A DNA stretch of 64,000 nt from Dictyostelium discoideum (GCA_000004695.1 CM000154.2:2304001-2368000), one strand, 5' to 3'; numbered from the stretch's first letter, positions 12,187 to 22,659 are shown. Made by a program: numbers and translations. The notes: generated from the letters alone by a model not told the origin.

Positions 12187-15158
12187 TGAATTATTACTTT
12201 TACCATTAAAAACAGTTTCGTCTGGCTGTGATTGGTTTTCTTTTTTAATATCTTTGGGTTGTTTTTCTTTAACTTTTTCATCTATTTCTTCCATTTCTAA
12301 ATTCTCTTTCATTTCATCTTGTTTTTCTATTTTTTCATCTTCGTTTATTTTATCACTATTGTTTTTGTTGTTACTTTTATCTTGAACATCGTCATTATTT
12401 TCATTATTTTCATTATTACCATTATTATTAAGATGATTTTTATTTTCTATATCGCTATTATTATCATTATCATTGTCATTATCATTATTATCATTATCAT
12501 CATTATCACTATCATTATTTTCTTTCATTATTTCATCTTTTTTTTCATTTTTATCTATTATTTCATGTTTTTCAACAATATCATCACTTTCTACAGATTT
12601 ATTAATTTCATCATCTTCATCATCTTCGTCTTCATAATCTACAATCTTTATATGACTACTACCATTTCCATTATTAGTATTTTCATTATCCTTTTCTATA
12701 TTATCATCATTTTTCTCCATATTATTTTCATTATTTGTACAAATTTGTTTATTATTATTATTGTTATTATTATTATTATTAATTGAAATCGGAATTAATT
12801 CATCTTCATCATCAGAATCTTCAGAATCATCATCTCTATTAAAATAAGCTTCTTCTTCTTCCTCATCGATTTCTCTTTGAGTTCTTTGATAATTATGATT
12901 AATTTTATTATTACCAATGATAGGTTTGCTATCAATATCATTGCTACTGCTATCGTTATTATTACAAGATGTTTCTGGACTTTCAAATGAAGAATCCTTA
13001 ATTTGTTCATACTTTAAAATCAATTGTTTTAAAACGTCGGTATAGGTTACCGATTCAAACAATTCTCTATACCTTTCGACTAAATAAACAATTAAATCCC
13101 TAATGTTCTCTTTGTAGATGTATTGAAATAGTTCTATGATTGCTGAATTTAATAGATTATACCTAGAAATGTTTGATTTGAAAACTTCAATGATTGGTTC
13201 AAATAGATTCTCTTGAATGATATGTTGATTATATAGGTCATCTTTCATATTTACCATTGATCTAAAAAATCTAATTGATCCAAGTATTAAATATCTTTCA
13301 CTATTTCCACCACCACCACCACCACCCCCACTACCTGTAGGGTTCGTATACCTTAATATCTTTTTTGCAATACCTTCTTCAACTATAAAATGTTTAATAC
13401 GATAGCAATGATGTTTAATACAATAGATTACCAACTCCATTATATTATAGAGTACAAATGAATCTAAATTACTACTTGGATCACCTGGTATTGTAGGCTC
13501 TCCTTTATAAACTTCATTCAATGGTGATACTAATAAATCTATACCTTTATCATAAAATAATCTAAAGAAATCGCTTGACTAATAATTATTCAGAAAAAAA
13601 AAAAAAAAAAAAAAAAGTTTAATATTTAAAAATATATATGTAAATAAATAATAATTTGTTTGATTTTCTTTTTTTTTTTTTTTTTTGAAAATTACTTACA
13701 TCATAAGAATCAGCTTCCAATAAAGTTTTAATAATTTCAACAATTTGATTTTTAACACCAATATCTTTATCAGTTATGAATAAATTTATTAATTGAACCA
13801 AGAATTTACTATTTCCACTGGTTGGAGAACATAGATATGATCTTAAAATTTCTGGATCATGTAATAATGTCGATAATACAATCTCTGTACATGATACTCT
13901 GGTTTGTACATTTTCATCATCCAAGATTGCTGATAAAGTTTTAAATAATCCTAATGAAACTACAACTGTAAAAAATGTTGATTTACTTTGAATTTGTAAT
14001 CCTTTTGCTAAATTACATAAATCTTGAAGAAATAATATTAAATCTTTTCTTTCTTCTGAATTCTTTTCACTTTTTTGGATTTCTGAAAATCTAATTTTAA
14101 AAAAAAAAAAAAAATATATAATATATTTTTAGGTTTGGTATTAATAATATGAATCAATCAAATTTGAATTCTTCCTAATCTATCTATCTTTATCACTCCT
14201 CTCTCCATCTCTCTCTCTAGCTTTTTTTATATTTTAAAATAAATCCTTACAAATTTTCTAAAAAATCTGAATCATTTTGAATTTGTGAAACTATATCTAT
14301 ATTATTAAAATAAATTAATGAATTTAATGATGAGAAAGTGACATCATCCAATACTCTTGGTAAAACAACATCTTTTAGATATTGAATTCTAAATGTTTGA
14401 TGAATAGTTCCAATTAATGATTTTGATGGGAACTTTATAACTTGTTTAAAAACTACTTGTTGATTTAAAAATTCTCTATGTTTAATTCTATTATTTTCTG
14501 AAATTTCTGGGTCATCTAAAAATTAAATTTAATTAATTAAAAAAAAAAATAGTTAATAACAAAAAAAAAAAAAAAAAAGTTAATACAAAACCTTAAATAA
14601 AAATAAAAAAAAAAAAAATATTTACATTCTAATGCACCCATAACTCTTACTAAATAATCTTCTGATAAAATAACCTCTAAAATTGATGTATCATTGAATA
14701 AAACTGTAAAAAAAAAAAAAAAAAAGAAAGAAAAATGTTAGGTTTATTTTTTTTTTTTTTTTTCAAACTGTAGGTGTGGGTAAATGGTTTTTTTTTTTTT
14801 TTTTTTAATTTAAAATTATTATTTATAAAAAAAAAAAAAAATACATACTAAGGTTTTTAAAAATATTGAATATTTGAAACAAGTGAACTCCTCCTTCACC
14901 TGATTTTTCAATTTCATCAAATAAATCTAATAATGATCTTACTAAATCCTATTTTTTAAAAATAATAAAAAAAAAAAATGTTAGGGAATTGGTTGCATTG
15001 GGGTTTTTGGTGCAATTGTGAATATAAAAAAAAAAAAAATGTTTTTTTTTTGAATTTTGTTTATTTTAGGATGTGCAAAGTAAATTAAAAAAAAAAAAAA
15101 AAACCACCATGTTGTTAAGATTATGTGATTGGTTTGATTTGATTTTTTTTTTTTTTTT

Positions 15159-15195
<37 letters not shown>

Positions 15196-15653
15196 ATCAT
15201 TACCTCTTTAAAAATTGAATTTATAATTTTATCTTTATCTAACATTGGTAATGAAGCTTCTAATAATTCATTAATTGTTTGAAGATTATTGATTGAAACT
15301 GGTGGTAAATCTAAATCTACACTATCACAACTACCAGTTCTTTGATTTTGATATTGTAATATGTTCTCCCAAATATCCTGACAACCCAATGAATCTTGAA
15401 ATGATAGGGCTAAATCTAATTGTGAATCTGGTTCTGTCCAAACGATTAAGGAATCTTGTTGTTTTTGATATATATCCTCTGCTGATAGTCGAGTTTGTAA
15501 AATTACACTGTTATCACTCTCTGATCTAACAATTAATCCCATTGCACATAATGCATCTACATATATACATGATACATGACCTGTACCTTTATCATCCCAC
15601 TTTCCGCTATTATCTAATTGATAGACTTTAACTCTTTTTCTAAGTGGTTCCAT
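11722..15653 (-). CDS. smkA: SMEK / protein phosphatase 4 regulatory subunit 3 homologue (EVH1-like N-terminal domain, DUF625/armadillo core, long low-complexity acidic/poly-Asn C-terminal half); 6 exons on minus strand: 15653..15204, 14948..14849, 14703..14626, 14515..14251, 14090..13700, 13578..11722
   Basis: Exon 1 MEPLRKRVKVYQLDNSGKWDDKGTGHVSCIYVDALCAMGLIVRSE... is a RanBD/EVH1-type fold. Later exons give LDLFDEIEKSGEGGVHLFQIFNIFKNL|ILFNDTSILEVILSEDYLVRVMGALE|YDPEISENNRIKHREFLNQQVVFKQVIKFP...IHQTFRIQYLKDVVLPRVLDD|...LAKGLQIQSKSTFFTVVVSLGLFKTLSAIL|...HHCYRIKHFIVEEG...GSIRFFRSMVNMKDDLYNQHIIQENLFEPIIEVFKSNISRYNLLNSAIIELFQYI, collinear with animal SMEK1/PP4R3. All donors are GTAAGT/GTATGT/GTAAAT and splice phases close (3141 nt = 1047 codons). 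Confidence 0.85.
11885..11975. repeat. (ATT/AAT)n coding microsatellite (poly-Asn tract in SMEK C-terminal exon)
   Basis: About 30 uninterrupted ATT units on the plus strand, equal to AAT codons on the minus strand. This is the source of the spurious poly-Leu plus-strand ORF. Confidence 0.9.
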
Positions 15654-17010
15654 TATTTATGTTTTTATATAATATATTTATTATTTTTATATTTATAGTT
15701 TAGTTTTGTTTTTTTTTTTTTTGTTGTTGTTGTTGCTTTTGTTGTTGTTGTTATTGTTATTGTTGTGTTTTGTTTATTAATTTTGTGTGTAGGAAATTAT
15801 AATGATTTTTTAAATATATATATATTAATGACCATATATTTTTAAAAAAATATTATAATTATTTTTATTATTATTATTATTACTGTTTAACTACTATACA
15901 TAAAATATAACATATAAATACACAATAAATGATATTGTGCTATGGCGATTGGTTTGTAGGTGTTGATGTTGGTGTTGATATTAGTGTTGGTGTTGTTTTC
16001 TTATTGACTATTGTTATTTTTTATTATGATTTTTTATTTTTATTTTTTTTTTTTTTACTAATTTAACAAATTAACTTCTAAAATTTTTAAATTTTTAAAT
16101 TTTTTTTTTTTTTTTTTTTTTAATTTAAAATTATTAGTATTATTAATAAAATAATAATAATAATAAAAAAACAATCCCTTCTTTAAGTAGTTTGTGTTTG
16201 TGTGTGAGTGTGAATATGATGTTATTGTTGTTTAATTAATTATTATTTTAATTTTTGTTGTTTTGTGTGTCTGCACCCTTATTAATAAAAATAAAAATAA
16301 AAATAAAAATAAAAATAAAAATAAAAAAAAAAAAAATTTAAAATTTTTTTTTTTTTTTTTTTTTTGTTTTTTTTATTTTTTTTTATTTTTTTTTTTTATT
16401 TTTTTAAATTTTTTTTTTTTTTTTATTAAATATTTTATACTCATATATGGAAGTAAAATTTAAAACATCCACAATTGTGGTTTTGATAAAAACAAAATTT
16501 TAAAAAAAAAAAAAAAAAAATTAAAACAAAGAAATTTTCGTAAGAATCTGATAATCAGATCTATTTTTTATTTTTATTTTTTTTTTAAAAAATGATGGAA
16601 TTGAAGTTTTAACTTTATTTTATAAAAAAAATAAAATAATAATAAATAAAAAAAAAAAAAAATAAATAATATTAAATAATTAAATAATAGTCATAGTATA
16701 AAAAAAAAACTTCCAAAAAAAAAAAAAAAAAAATTTTTTTTTAAACATTTACTGGAAACTGATGGTCATATTCCAATGATTGCAATCACTCAAATATAAA
16801 CAATGTTAAGAAATTAATAATTAAATTTATGGAATTTAATCCTTTTATTCAACAACAGCAACAACAAATCCTACTACTACAACAACAACGATAGGATGAC
16901 AGCAGAAACCACAGCAACGAATTATTTATCAATTAATGAATAGATTTCCAAATTTTGTTTGAATATCAAAAATGAGAAGGAGCTATTTTCCAAAAAAAAA
17001 CATAAAAAGT

Positions 17011-17083
17011 GCCTGGATGGCTCAGTAGGCAGAGCGAGCGGCTGTTAACCGCTAGGTCCATGGTTCGATCCCATGTCTAGGCG
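17011..17083 (+). tRNA. tRNA-Asn (anticodon GTT)
   Basis: Cloverleaf readable by eye: acceptor stem GCCTGGA/TCTAGGC (one G-U pair); D arm GCTCAGTAGGCAGAGC; anticodon stem AGCGG/CCGCT with loop CT-GTT-AA; T arm CATGG-TTCGATC-CCATG; discriminator G. A box TGGCTCAGTAGG at 17018..17029 and B box GGTTCGATCC at 17062..17071. Confidence 0.9.
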
Positions 17084-17087
17084 ATAA

Positions 17088-17102
17088 TTTTTTGGTTTTT
17101 TT
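17088..17102 (+). terminator. RNA polymerase III terminator (T6 GG T7) just 3' of tRNA-Asn
   Basis: Oligo-T tract beginning 5 nt after the tRNA 3' end. Confidence 0.7.
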
Positions 17103-17160
17103 AAATTATATAGAAAAAGGATCTAACAAAAGAAAGAAACATATCAGTATCCGTTCAACA

Positions 17161-17217
17161 AAAAAAACCGCACCGCGATCAAGAGGATAAAAAAACCGCA
17201 CCGCGATCAAGAGGATA
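17161..17217 (+). repeat. Tandem duplication of a ~28-bp unit (AAAAAACCGCACCGCGATCAAGAGGATA x2) at the 5' end of the retroelement
   Basis: Two adjacent near-identical copies seen directly in the sequence, within the 5' UTR/promoter module of the element. Confidence 0.8.
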
Positions 17218-17359
17218 CAAGATACACGTGAAAAGTAATTCATCCTTTTCTATCCTTAATCTCGGTCAATTTTAACCAATCTTTCAAAAAAAATCACCAA
17301 TCCACCACGATCTACAGATCTAATTTACCAAATCGCCGATTCAAAGGAATCCCATCGAG

Positions 17360-18081
17360 ATGAATTCCTACGCAGACGCGGCTAAAATGGCCAACCCCTC
17401 CACCCATATGGACGAGGCATCAGAGAACTTCATTAAGGAATTCTCCACAAAAACAGCAGAGATAAAGGAGACCTACCCCAAATTATCAATAGGCCTCAAA
17501 GACATCTCCAAATACTGCGAGACCATATTGAACATGACTGCTCTCTCAACCTACGAGAAAAACAACGGATTCTACCCAATTACACTCGAATTCCCCAAAA
17601 TGGATCTCATGGGGTTAGAAGAAATGAGAAAAACACTCTCAAACTACGATATCCCAATCGACAAGATATACATAGGCAAAGGAACTAGAAAAACGATCCA
17701 CCTGATGATTAAAAACGAACAATCTCTCCTAAATATCATTAGAGATAGAAGCAAATTGGGAACCTTCATCACCTCCAGTAGAGACTACCACGTCCTCACA
17801 GGAAGAGTAAGAATTCCAAGAGAAAAGGCAGGAATAGTGGATGCCCTCATCAAAACTGCCTTTGCAGAAGAAATACCCTATGCAATATACCATACTATAT
17901 ACTCCACCGACCACCTCCTAGTATTCGGTCTAATAGAATGCAAAATAGGCGATCAAATGAAATCTGGCCAACACAATACAGAAATCGCCAACTTTACCAT
18001 CAGAACGGCCACCAAAACCTACTCCTCACAAAAGAAAAATAAGAAAGTAGAGTCAAACAACACGGAAGAACCATTAGAAGA
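17360..18081 (+). CDS. Retroelement ORF1 (3' end lost in assembly gap)
   Basis: MNSYADAAKMANPSTHMDEASENFIKEFSTKTAEIKETYPKLSIGLKDISKYCETILNMTAL...; stop-free to the N-run. The apparent continuation past the gap in the ORF track is a frame coincidence. Confidence 0.6.
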
Positions 18082-18181
18082 NNNNNNNNNNNNNNNNNNN
18101 NNNNNNNNNNNNNNNNNNNNNNNNNNNNNNNNNNNNNNNNNNNNNNNNNNNNNNNNNNNNNNNNNNNNNNNNNNNNNNNNN
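18082..18181. other. Assembly gap (100 N) inside the retroelement
   Basis: Run of exactly 100 N. Gap of unknown true size; the ORF2 apurinic-endonuclease domain expected N-terminal to the RT is missing and presumably lies here. Confidence 0.95.
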
Positions 18182-18182
18182 A

Positions 18183-20270
18183 TTCTACAAGTACCACATC
18201 AACTCAATAGCAAGAATATTGACTATAGCTTTCAACGACCTCCTCACAAATAAGAAAGAAATCCCCACAAAATTCAAAGAAGGAGTAATAACAACAATAT
18301 TCAAAAAAGGAGATGAACTAAACATTTCAAATAGAAGACCAATCACCCTTCTCAATACAGATTACAAAATTTTAAGCAAAATTCTCAACAGTAGATTATT
18401 AGATATCACCAGTAAAATTATCAACAAATTTCAAAACGGCTTTGTTCCAAACAGGTTCATCCAAGACAATATTCAGATCATGAAGGAAGTAATAGAAATA
18501 AGTAACAAAAGAAAGAACAATACACTCATTACCTTTTACGATTTTAACAAAGCATTCGATTCAATCAGCCACAAGAGTATCACAAGAACATTAGAGCATA
18601 TTGGTATCCCCCCAAAATTCACAGCGATCCTACTAAACCTACTCAAAGATACTAAAAACAAAATAAAGATCAACGACTTTTTAGTCAATGGAATAACAAT
18701 CAGAAGAGGAACAAAACAAGGAGACCCAATATCACCAACAATCTTTGCTCTAGTTTTAGAACCACTTCTAATAGATATCATCAATGATAATACAATCAAA
18801 GGCTTCACTCTACCAAATTCCAAATCATTAAAACTCACTGCATTTGCTGACGACATAGCAACATTTACAAACTCCACTGAAGAACTAATGAAAATTAATA
18901 CTAAAATCCAAAAGTACTGCTCAGCAACATCATCATCGTTAAACAAAGAGAAAACAGTAATGATAGCAATAGGAGATAAACCACACGATCTACCATTCCA
19001 AGAGAGTACAGTCCCAGAAAGATATCTTGGCCTCAATTTCACCAAAACAGGTTTAAATTCAAAATACAACACTTTAATCCAAGAAATGAAAAACAATCTA
19101 ATCAAATGGAAATCACAAGCAATAACGATGAAGGCAAAGATGACAATTCTCAAAACATACGTTCTATCCAAATTAACATACCATCAATACATGGATAATC
19201 TAAATGAAGAACAAATTGAGGAAATCAATAACATGACCAGATGGTTCTTATTCTCCTCAGTTAAGAATACATATACAGAAGAGAGAAAATACAAAACTAT
19301 GATGAAAATAGACAGAGCATATGCAGATTGGAAAGAAGGAGGCATAAAATTATGGGATATAGAACTAAGACATATAGCATTCAAAATCTGGTACATGAAC
19401 AGGCTACTCCATAACAACTACAACAACAACAACAATACCTTACAAGAATGGTACATGGAGCAATTAAGTAGAAAAAAAGCCCACACTTCAACCCTCAACG
19501 ATATGTGCAGACACTGGGGTGTATTCAGAGTCAAATTTTACCAAAACCATCCAAAGATAAATGAACTTCCAGACTGTATAAGAAACGACAATGACGAACC
19601 ACTAAAACTGAAAGAAATTTACGAACTCATGATCAAAGACAGACACCCAACACCAAGAAGAACAGAATGGCAGAAGTTATGGGCGGTGAGATACAACACA
19701 GCAATACACAAAGTATTCATAAACATCAACAGCATTTCTCACCAAAAAGGTAGAAACACCCTCTTCAGATTCTTCTCAAGATCACTTCCAGGTATCAACC
19801 ACGAAAGAGACACCAGATGCAAGATCTGTGGCCACCTATTCAGAGACCCTTATTCTCACCTCTTCACTCTATGCCAAGATATCCTAGATATTGAAAAAAC
19901 CATCATATCAACAGTTAACAAATTATCATTCATCAAAATCCACAGATGGTCAATGGATACCTTAGACATATCAAAATACAACAGAACTGAGAGAATCTTC
20001 CCCAATCTCATAGGAATAATAGCACACCAATTATGGAAGATAATCTGTCACAAATTGTTCAACACTGATGAAAGCAAACCAGAGCCAAAATTCGAACAAA
20101 AGGTCATAGAAACAGAATTACTAAATCTCATCGAAACTGAAAAATTCATCACACTAAAGAAAATCAAACACGACGAAGCAATACTAAAAAACACCAATCA
20201 AGATCTTCACAAATACAAATTCAACAAAGCCTGGCAAACCCCAGCAGCTCCGAACCCTCTTCCAATTTAA
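18183..20270 (+). CDS. Retroelement ORF2, reverse transcriptase plus C-terminal Zn-knuckle-like region; 5' partial (open from the gap)
   Basis: Frame is open from the first base after the gap (FYKYHINSIARILTIAFNDLLTNKKEIPTKFKEGVITTIFKKGDELNISNRRPITLLNTDYKILSKILNSRL...). The ORF track's M at 18219 is actually a TTG codon. RT boxes as listed above; ends TAA at 20268..20270, immediately before the poly(A). Confidence 0.8.
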   Translation, partial: FYKYHINSIARILTIAFNDLLTNKKEIPTKFKEGVITTIFKKGDELNISNRRPITLLNTDYKILSKILNSRLLDITSKIINKFQNGFVPNRFIQDNIQIMKEVIEISNKRKNNTLITFYDFNKAFDSISHKSITRTLEHIGIPPKFTAILLNLLKDTKNKIKINDFLVNGITIRRGTKQGDPISPTIFALVLEPLLIDIINDNTIKGFTLPNSKSLKLTAFADDIATFTNSTEELMKINTKIQKYCSATSSSLNKEKTVMIAIGDKPHDLPFQESTVPERYLGLNFTKTGLNSKYNTLIQEMKNNLIKWKSQAITMKAKMTILKTYVLSKLTYHQYMDNLNEEQIEEINNMTRWFLFSSVKNTYTEERKYKTMMKIDRAYADWKEGGIKLWDIELRHIAFKIWYMNRLLHNNYNNNNNTLQEWYMEQLSRKKAHTSTLNDMCRHWGVFRVKFYQNHPKINELPDCIRNDNDEPLKLKEIYELMIKDRHPTPRRTEWQKLWAVRYNTAIHKVFININSISHQKGRNTLFRFFSRSLPGINHERDTRCKICGHLFRDPYSHLFTLCQDILDIEKTIISTVNKLSFIKIHRWSMDTLDISKYNRTERIFPNLIGIIAHQLWKIICHKLFNTDESKPEPKFEQKVIETELLNLIETEKFITLKKIKHDEAILKNTNQDLHKYKFNKAWQTPAAPNPLPI

Positions 20271-20275
20271 GTAGT

Positions 20276-20340
<65 letters not shown>

Positions 20341-20497
20341 GTTTAAAAAATTTAATACAATTGAATAATAAAAATAAAACCGTTTAACAAACACCGCCGA
20401 AAAGACACAAGGACATTCCTTGAAGGTCTGATCACAGGTAAAAAAAAAAAAAAGAAAAAGGATCTAAAGAAACTCTGTGTTCCTTGAATACCAGTTG

Positions 20498-20609
20498 AAT
20501 ATAACCAAAAATATCAACATATAACAATATAAAAATTTAAAAATTTAAAAATTTAAAAATGTAATAAAATATAACAATACACCGCTTTTAGGTAAAAAAA
20601 AAAAAAAAA
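20498..20609 (+). mobile_element. Severely 5'-truncated retroelement 3' end (112 bp ending in A16), flanked by a 16-bp target-site duplication CTTGAATACCAGTTGA (20482..20497 and 20610..20625); second insertion immediately downstream of the first
   Basis: Direct repeats bracket a segment whose end (…ACACCGCTTTTAGGT-An) resembles the 3' terminus of the adjacent full element (…ACACCGCCGAAAAG…CACAGGT-An). Confidence 0.55.
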
Positions 20610-20825
20610 CTTGAATACCAGTTGATATTTTAAAAATACAACTATTATTTAATTATTATTCATTTAAAAAAAAAAAAAAAAAAAAAAAAAACAATTACAT
20701 CTTTCTTTTTAAAAAAAACAAAATTATGTAATCTAAACTAAAATAATATCTGTATTTAAATCTAATCAAATAATTGTATTTTAAAAATTAAATATCATAA
20801 ATAAACCTATTAATTACTGTTTACT

Positions 20826-21000
20826 TCCTTTAATGGAAAAAAAAAATTCAATAGCTTTAATATTATTTCATCCATTATATTATCTATTAAATCTTCCTGA
20901 TACGAATCCTTTCTGATTATTGTTAATAATTTTTGGGAGTATGTATATTAATCTATTATTAATTGCTTTAGATTGAATCAAATAATCTTTTTTTGGAAAC
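20826..21000 (-). pseudogene. Degenerate fragment of a non-LTR retrotransposon reverse-transcriptase ORF (frameshifted)
   Basis: Minus-strand translation gives KAINNRLIYILPKIINNNQKGFVSGRF, a frameshift, then IDNIMDEIILKLL. It parallels ORF2 of the neighbouring element (ILNSRLLDITSKIINKFQNGFVPNRFIQDNIQIMKEVIE) but is AT-decayed and out of frame. Confidence 0.45.
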
Positions 21001-21137
21001 AACTAATAAAAAAAAAAAAAAAACAAACTTTAATAAAATTTTATTTTTTTTATTTTTATTTTTATTTTTATTGATAAAATTAATTGATCAATAACCAATC
21101 TTTGATTCAAAAAAAAAAAAAGGAAGATAATGATTAT

Positions 21138-21178
<41 letters not shown>

Positions 21179-21207
21179 TTTTGGAAATAATAATTATTAT
21201 TAAAAGT

Positions 21208-22112
21208 TTAAATTGGTTTTCCACAAGATGAACAAAAACGTGCAGTTTGAACTAAAATTTTTGAACCACAACCTGAACAAAAGTTTTTATGAGCATAAGA
21301 ATGAGAAGGTGGGGGTGGAATTGGTGACGGAGTAGGAGTTGGTCTATATGGTGCTGGTGGTGGTGATGAATAAGCTGTTGTTTGATGATGATAGGCTGTT
21401 GGTGGTGGTGGAGGTGGAGGTGTAGTTGTATAATGGTATGTTACAGTTGTTGTGGTTGTTGTAGTTTTTGGATGATCATGATGGTGATGATGTTTATGTT
21501 TATCCTTCTCTTTATCTTTATCTTTATGAAGTGCTGATCCTCTAACTTCATTTCTTAAATCATCAACCCATTTCTATAAATAAATAAAAAAAAAAGATTA
21601 AATTAATTAAAATTTAAAAAAAAAGAATAAAAATGAAAAAAAAAAATAAAAAAAAAAAATATCTTGTGGGAAATATCTTTTTTTTTTTTTTTTTTTTTTT
21701 TTGGATATTTAAAAGAAATCAAATATATATAAAAAAATAATACCTCTAAAAAATCCTTTTTCTTTTCTTTTTTCTCTTTATGTTCTTTATGTTCTTTATG
21801 CTCTTTATGTTCTTTGTGTTCTTTATGATGGTGATGAGTTTTACATTCTTTTTCTTTTTTTAGGTCCAATTCTTTTTTATTGTGGTGGCAACCTGGGCCA
21901 TGAATGCAAGTAGTTGGTGCTGAATGATGGTGATGGGATGGTGAGTGATAAGATGATGGTGGTGGTGGTGGTGGTGGTGAATGGTAATGAGAAGAGGATG
22001 ATGATAAACCTGAATTTGATGCATAGCCAGTTGTTGAAACATAGCCAGGTGCTTGAGTTTGAGTGGTGCCTGGACCAACTGTAGTTCCTGGACGTCTATA
22101 TGGTGTTGCCAT
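21208..22112 (-). CDS. His/Pro/Thr-rich low-complexity protein with (HKE)n repeat and C-terminal CxxC...CxxC zinc-ribbon; exons 22112..21744 and 21573..21208
   Basis: Exon 1: MATPYRRPGTTVGPGTTQTQAPGYVSTTGYASNSGLSSSSSHYHSPPPPPPPSSYHSPSHHHHSAPTTCIHGPGCHHNKKELDLKKEKECKTHHHHKEHKEHKEHKEHKEHKEKKEKKKDFLE, donor GTATTA. Exon 2: KWVDDLRNEVRGSALHKDKDKEKDKHKHHHHHDHPKTTTTTTTV...PPPPPPPTAYHH...HKNFCSGCGSKILVQTARFCSSCGKPI*. 244 aa, phase 0. Confidence 0.65.
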
Positions 22113-22624
22113 TTTTTAATTAGACTTAAATTAGTTTAGATTTTAATTTGTTCAAAAATATTTGGTGTGGGAAAAAAAAAAAAATTATTTGTGTGATGGA
22201 AAAAAAAAAAATTATTTGTTTGTGGTTTTTTTTTTTCTATTTTTATAATTTTTTTTTTACAAAAAAAAAAAAAACTAATTGATGTGATTTCTTTATTTTT
22301 AAAAAGTTTACGATAATGTTACAAAATAATATAATAAAAATACAAATTATTTTAAAAAGAGAGAAAAAATAAAATAAAAAAAAGAAAAAAATAAAATAAA
22401 AAAAAAAAATTAAAAAAAAAAAAAAAAATTAAAATAAAAGGAGTTGGTGGTCTGAAAATGTTTTAAAAGAATTGTTTTTTATTTTTTTATTTTTTTTTTT
22501 GATTAGTTTATGATAAAAATGTCAAAAAATTGACATTCATGCTGTGATGTTGTCTCTTGCATGCAATATTAATATGATTATTCTTCTTGGTTTGTTTTTC
22601 TAAAATAGAAAAGTTTAGGTGTTA

Positions 22625-22659
<35 letters not shown>

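Larger units (their letters stand above)
17127..20451 (+). mobile_element. tRNA-gene-targeted non-LTR (LINE-like) retrotransposon of the TRE3 type, inserted about 45 bp downstream of tRNA-Asn in the same orientation; flanked by a 15-bp target-site duplication AGAAAAAGGATCTAA (17112..17126 and 20452..20466); internal A50 tract 20281..20330 followed by a ~120-bp 3' module and a terminal A13
   Basis: Two ORFs on the plus strand with much higher GC than the host genes (GC-rich codons such as CCC and CGC, no A/T homopolymers). ORF2 carries reverse-transcriptase motifs (FVPNRFIQDNI; YDFNKAFDSISH; FADDIATF) and a C-terminal Cys/His motif CKICGHLFRDPYSHLFTLC. The position and orientation relative to a tRNA gene and the TSD are diagnostic for Dictyostelium TRE elements. 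The element is interrupted by a 100-N gap. Confidence 0.8.

Noticed and set aside
15066-15653. Treating the 195-aa minus ORF as a complete single-exon gene
   Set aside because: The C-terminal 45 residues (…[19 protein letters not shown]…) are translated intron. A GTAATG donor directly after …IFKE and a downstream exon continuing the SMEK homology show it is exon 1 of the six-exon smkA gene.
16840-16910. Short ORF MEFNPFIQQQQQQILLLQQQR upstream of tRNA-Asn
   Set aside because: 23 codons of (CAA)n-derived low complexity with no supporting signal; lies in the smkA/tRNA intergenic region.
17360-18253. Single 297-aa ORF spanning the N-gap (ORF track)
   Set aside because: The X-run is a 100-N assembly placeholder. 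Sequence after the gap belongs to ORF2 (RT) in a different frame, and the apparent continuity to 18253 is coincidental.
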